DNA of 64,000 nucleotides, taken from NCBI RefSeq assembly GCF_963921235.1, contig NC_086109.1:3784001-3848000 (forward strand). Reading direction: 5' to 3'. Below are positions 59,366 through 64,000 of the stretch, piece by piece (position 1 is the stretch's first letter; the number at the start of each line of letters is the position of its first letter). Origin of the DNA: Mobula hypostoma. Lineage: Eukaryota. Below the pieces are notes generated by a model. That model saw nothing but the letters and a program-made list of their open reading frames with translations. It searched no databases and was not told the DNA's origin. The translations under genes were made by a program, and so were the position numbers.

Positions 59366-60059
59366 AGTGCCTTACAGAGGTCACTTCTCTTCCAACATTA
59401 TACCAAAGCCTACACTGTGACTGGAAGAGGAAGCAATGTAACATCAGTATTTCAAGGCAGATGTTGTAAGTGGAAACATGGAGCAGAAGGATTGGAGGGT
59501 GGCAAATATTGTTCCATTATCCAAGAAGGATCATGGGGATAATTCTGGGAATTATTGACCGGTGAGTCTTGCGTCAGTGTTGTGCAAACTATTCAGAATC
59601 AGAATTATTATCATCAGCATATGTTGTGAAATTCATTAACTTTATGGCAGCAGTTCAATGAAAATACATGAAAAATAAATATAGTGAGAAAATGAATTAT
59701 AGTAAGTAATTCCATATGTCTATTAAATAGTTAAGTTAAAATAAGTAGTCCAAAAAAAAACAGAAATAAAAGAAGTAGTGAGGTATTGTTCATGGGTTCA
59801 ATATAACAATTACAGCACAGAAACTGGCCATCTCGGCCCTTCTAGTCTGTGCCGAACTCTTACCCTATCTTATTCCCACCGACCTGCGCTCAGCCCATAA
59901 CCCTCCATTCCTTTCCTGTCCATATGTCTATCCAATTTAACTTTAAATGACAACATCGAACCTGCCTCAACCACTTCTGCTGGAAGCTCGTTCCCCACAA
60001 TGTCCATTCAGAGAGCAGATGGCGGAGGGGAAGAAGCTGATCCTGAATCACTGAATATG

Positions 60060-60470
60060 TGGGTGGAGAGGATTCGCAGAGACTGGGTTTACGAGCATTT
60101 GGAGAAGCACAGGCTGATTAATGATGCCTTTGTGAGGGGCAGGTCATGCTTCAAGAGCCTGCTTGAGGACATGAGTAAACAATCTGAAGAAGGCAGAGTG
60201 TTGGATGTGGCCAGTAAGGCATCTGACCAAGTTCCCCATGGTAAGCTCTTCCAGAAAGTCAGGAGGCATGCGATCTATGGAAATTTGGCCGCGTGGATTC
60301 AGAAGTGGCTTGTCTACAGAAGGTAGTAGCAGGTGAATTGTATTCCTGGAGACTGGGGACTAGTGGTGTTCCACAGGGATCAGTTCTGGGACCCCTGCTC
60401 TTTGTGATTTTTATAAAGGACAAGAACGTGAAGGGTGAGTTAGTAAGTTTGCAGATGAAACAAAGATTAT
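60060..60470 (+). mobile_element. Degenerate CR1 RT fragment
   Basis: YEHLEKH...FVRGRSC...KASDQVPHG; GGTGTTCCACAGGGATCAGTTCTGGGACCC (GVPQGSVLGP). Confidence 0.8.
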
Positions 60471-60791
60471 AAAGATAAAGCTTTACTTGTCACATGTATG
60501 TCGTAACATGAAATGTAATGCGTAGTTTGCGTCAAATAAAATTAGCAAGGATTGTGCTGGGCAGCCTGTAAGTGTCCCCATGCTTCCAGTGTCAAAGGTT
60601 GCAGGTAAATTGGGTTGAGATGGAAAGTGATTCAGCGATAATGAAATGGTGGAGTAGACTCGATGAGCTGAATGGCCTGATGCTGTTCCTATGTCTTATG
60701 GTCTTGGATTGATAGTGGAGTAGAATTGTATGGGTGGGCACAACAACACAGCCCAAAAGGCCTGTACTGTGCTGTACTCTTTTATGTTCTA

Positions 60792-60853
60792 CAGGGGTTC
60801 CCAACACCATTAATGGTAGGGGTCCATGGCATCAAACATTTTGGGAACCCCTG
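60792..60853. mobile_element. Tiny hAT (Charlie-like) MITE
   Basis: Perfect 13-bp TIR CAGGGGTTCCCAA / TTGGGAACCCCTG. Confidence 0.72.
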
Positions 60854-61254
60854 TTCCGCAGAAGCAGAACGTACTGTCCACAGGACTTCCCACTAAACTG
60901 CTCCACATTCAATACGGATCACAGCTCATCACTCCTTGCCCTCAGTGCGCTCTCTGCAACAGGACGTACACATGCGGCCTCTACAACGCGTCCAAAAGCT
61001 GCCTCAATACAATGTTAATGAGACTGTGCTTTAAGACAGTTTCCATTTGAGTGCATAATCCCTGAAAAAGCTGTTTCAGCGGATGTTATAGAAGCACAAT
61101 GCCGCAGTGATTTCAGAGTTGGCTAAAAGTTCCATTATTTTCTCATCACAGGCCAGTGCCAGCAAAGTGTGAAAATTAACAACTACTAAACATTCCTTAA
61201 TTCTGTTCCATTAGATTCAAAGCCTTTGCTCGTTCATTGCCAAAACATAACACA

Positions 61255-61850
61255 GCGTGTTAGTAAGTTTGAAAATGGCACGGAAATTGGCAGAGTTGTG
61301 GATGCCGAGGAAGATTGTCAAAGGATAGAGTAAGATATAGATCAGCTGAAAATGTGGGAGGAGGTATAGCAGATGTAGCTTACTTTGGACAAGTATGGTG
61401 TGCTGTACTTTGGAAGATCAAATGTATGGGAAAAATACGCAGTTAATGGCGTGGTATGAGCGTTAACATACAGAAACTTGAGATGCAAATCCATAGCTCC
61501 TGAAAAGTGGCAACACAAGTAGATTGGAGAGCATAACATCTATTAGCCTTCATTGACTGAAGCAAGCCTCAGACTAAAAGTATATTCCTTTAGAGCAGAG
61601 ATGAGGAGGAATTTCTTTAGCCAGAGGGGTGGTGAATCTGTGGAATTTGTTGCCACAGGCAGCTGTGGAGGACAAGTCATAGGGTCTATTTAAGGCAGAG
61701 GTTGACAGATTCTTGATTGCTCAGGGCAGGAAGGGATAAGGGCTGAAGGCAGGAGATTGGGACTGAGGAGAAAAATTGATGAAATGGCAGAGTAGGCTCG
61801 ATGGGCCAAATGGCATAATTCTGCTACTATGTCCCATGGACTTACGATCT
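61255..61850 (+). mobile_element. CR1 fragments
   Basis: GTTAGTAAGTTTGAAAATGGCACG (VSKFADDT-like) and FFSQR.VNLWN 3' end. Confidence 0.7.
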
Positions 61851-62615
61851 TATTTAGATGAACAAATTTGCAGAGAAATCACAGACTATATCAAGACGGT
61901 GATTTTAACTTTCTACATGGAGGCCAAGTCATCGGGTATATTTAAAGTGGTGGATGATAGGTTCTTGAGTAGTAAGAGCATCAAAGGTTATGGGGAGAGG
62001 GCAGGAGAAAGGGGTAAAGAGGGCTGATAAATGAGCCATGCCGTGGGCAAATGGCCTATTCTGCTCCAATGTCTTCTGGCCTTCTGGTCTTGATTTCAAA
62101 GCATTAAAGCAATTCATTTGAGTGTGGTTCTATACACACCATTGTGACTCAGTCTCATCATCTGCTACCGAAGTGATTGGTGCAAGAAGAGGGAGGTATA
62201 TTTGAATGTCACAGCTCTTTCATCCAGTCTAATGTTGTTCTTTTGCGTGATCTGATGAAATATTACACAATGTGAAGGACATTGTGGCTGTGGCAGTAAA
62301 TTGCTTTGTACCACACCCACCGTCTCCCAGAGTTAAATCTCAATATTGTATTCTCATGTTATCTTTTTACCCCTTGTAATTGAAATTCACTACATGCTGC
62401 TTGCTGTAGGGGACAATTTGTTCGTGGTGCAGGCTTTGACAGCAGCTTAATCTGTCGCACTCTCTGCCAAGGAGCATTCATTTATTTCAGTAGAAAATGT
62501 CAGTGTAAAATTAGAAAACAGCCTTAACAGCAGATGCACACACAAGCACTGGGAGGTGACATATGTTCTAGTTCTGTGTTCTTAATGTGTTCTCGTTCTG
62601 CATTTTCTTTGACAG

Positions 62616-62733
62616 AATTGTGTGTGAAATGGGGGAAGCAAGGCTCCTCAAGGAATCGGGTCCCGTCCAGCTGTGCGTTGGCGAGTGTGAGCCAAGATTC
62701 ATGACGGAGTCGGTGCAACAGTACACCTTTGTG
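62616..62733 (+). CDS. PLXNA2: Plexin-A (PLXNA2-like) internal coding exon, IPT/TIG domain C-terminal half
   Basis: Acceptor ttttctttgacAG ending at 62615, donor GTGAGT at 62734; 118 nt, phase 2 to 0. Encodes (Q)[39 protein letters not shown]. Absent from the supplied ORF track and read by eye. SGPV.LC.GEC.P.FMT.S.QQYTFV is PLXNA2-like. Confidence 0.93.
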
Positions 62734-62896
62734 GTGAGTTAGCCCAGTGACAGAGAGGCCCAGGGAATTTCTTCCACGCAACCCAGCACCGAAACCGAGG
62801 AAGACAGATGAGTGTTTCAGCTCTCATACACAATGCATAATGTACTCTTGGAATTCGAAAACTCAACATAACCTGCAGTTGTAGAAATGGGAACTT

Positions 62897-63090
62897 AAAA
62901 CCAGAAATGCTGAGAACACCCTGCAGGTCAGGCAACATTTGGGGAGAGAGGAACAGAGTTCACGTGTCAGTCTGGACTCACTTGTTTTCTCTCTCAGATT
63001 AGGTGCAGAGTCTTCAACCTGAAACATTAATTCTGTTTCTCTCCTCACAGATGCTACTTGTCCTACTGAGTGTTTGCAGCATTTTATTTC
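62897..63090. repeat. Fold-back (inverted repeat) element derived from Penelope pLTR ends
   Basis: Arm 62897-62970 (GAAATGCTG...CAGGTCAGGCAACAT...GAACAGAGTTCACGTGTCAG) is the imperfect reverse complement of arm 63019-63090. Confidence 0.65.
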
Positions 63091-63350
63091 CTGTTCGTAT
63101 TTCCTTTTCCAGCATCAGCAGATTTTTCTGTGATTGTCCTGACTAAAATTGTTGTGGGGGTTTGTTGCAGAACACCACCGGGTTCGCGGGTATCTGTGGG
63201 AAGGTAACTTAGTGTCCCTACCTAGTCTGCGACACACTCTGCAATGGAGAGTTGCCAGCAACTTCCATGTCTGAAAAACTGAATAAATTGAAAACAACTC
63301 TTCTGTTCCTTTCTGTCTGTTTCCCATGGATTTTCTTGGTCCCTGTCACC

Positions 63351-63353
<3 letters not shown>

Positions 63354-63407
<54 letters not shown>

Positions 63408-63470
63408 CACATGTATATATGTGTACATGTGTACACGTATGTGTCAGATGTATGTGCATGCATGTGTACG
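63354..63470. repeat. (TG)n / (TA)n compound microsatellite
   Basis: Directly visible. Confidence 0.95.
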
Positions 63471-64000
63471 TCGACCATCGATTTCCCTCCATAGATGAAG
63501 CATCTGCAGAATAAGGCCATCTTTGATCTGCTGATGGCTCCCGGCATTCTCTGAACATAGCCACTCTGCAGTTAATCTGAACTCTGCAGCTTTTGGATGT
63601 CAAATAACTTGGATATTCCTCCCAAATCCCATACTGGGATGTTCATACAACTATGATCTCTGTAGGGCTGGGAAGACTGTGATTTGCCTCAGTGAAAGTT
63701 TGGTCTAAAAGCTACATGCTTTTCTGAATGCATTGTGAAGTTTTGTTGGGTGGATGTTGGCAGAAGATATCCAGTGTGACGGGTTTGGCCATTCTAAGTG
63801 TCTGGTCTGACTGAAGTGTGCAGACATCTTAGCTTCTAATGAACACTGAAGAAATATTTTCCAAATGTCTGCCACAAGTAATTTCTACAAGTCTTTGGCA
63901 CCATGGCTATATTAAATAAATATTGCAAAAAGACAGCAAAAAATATCAATGACATTCATGGGCTGGTTCATTGATAGTGGAGGGGAAGAAGCTGTTCCTA

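Noticed and set aside
1926..62733. Assignment to PLXNA4, PLXNA1 or PLXNA3
   Set aside because: Diagnostic residues ([34 protein letters not shown]) match remembered PLXNA2 best; phylogeny or synteny would confirm.

Overview
Vertebrate genomic DNA, most likely a cartilaginous fish (probably a ray), judged from the repeat content: HE1/V-SINEs, HER1/CR1 LINEs, Rex-Babar and Penelope. The only host-gene sequence is three internal + strand coding exons of a plexin-A gene, best matching PLXNA2: 1926-2116, 41721-41872 and 62616-62733. They have GT-AG boundaries and compatible phases, encode the PSI-IPT/TIG region, and are separated by introns of 39.6 and 20.7 kb. The introns are packed with nested mobile elements: a near full-length CR1 (zinc-finger/esterase ORF1, APE-RT ORF2), many CR1 and Rex-Babar fragments, bipartite RTE elements, Tc1, Tigger-like and tiny hAT MITEs, Penelope pLTRs, and minisatellites. 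The most striking observation is a HERO-type retrotransposon 3' end inserted with a 9-bp TSD into the endonuclease active-site codons of a Dong/R4 element. Its 3' UTR carries all three hammerhead ribozyme core strands in a non-circularly permuted (pseudoknotted) order, 38140-38215, with one core substitution (G12>A). Two intact minimal type I hammerheads in Penelope pLTRs also lie sense to the plexin pre-mRNA. All family assignments are by eye from remembered motifs, and repeat boundaries are approximate unless a TSD is given.
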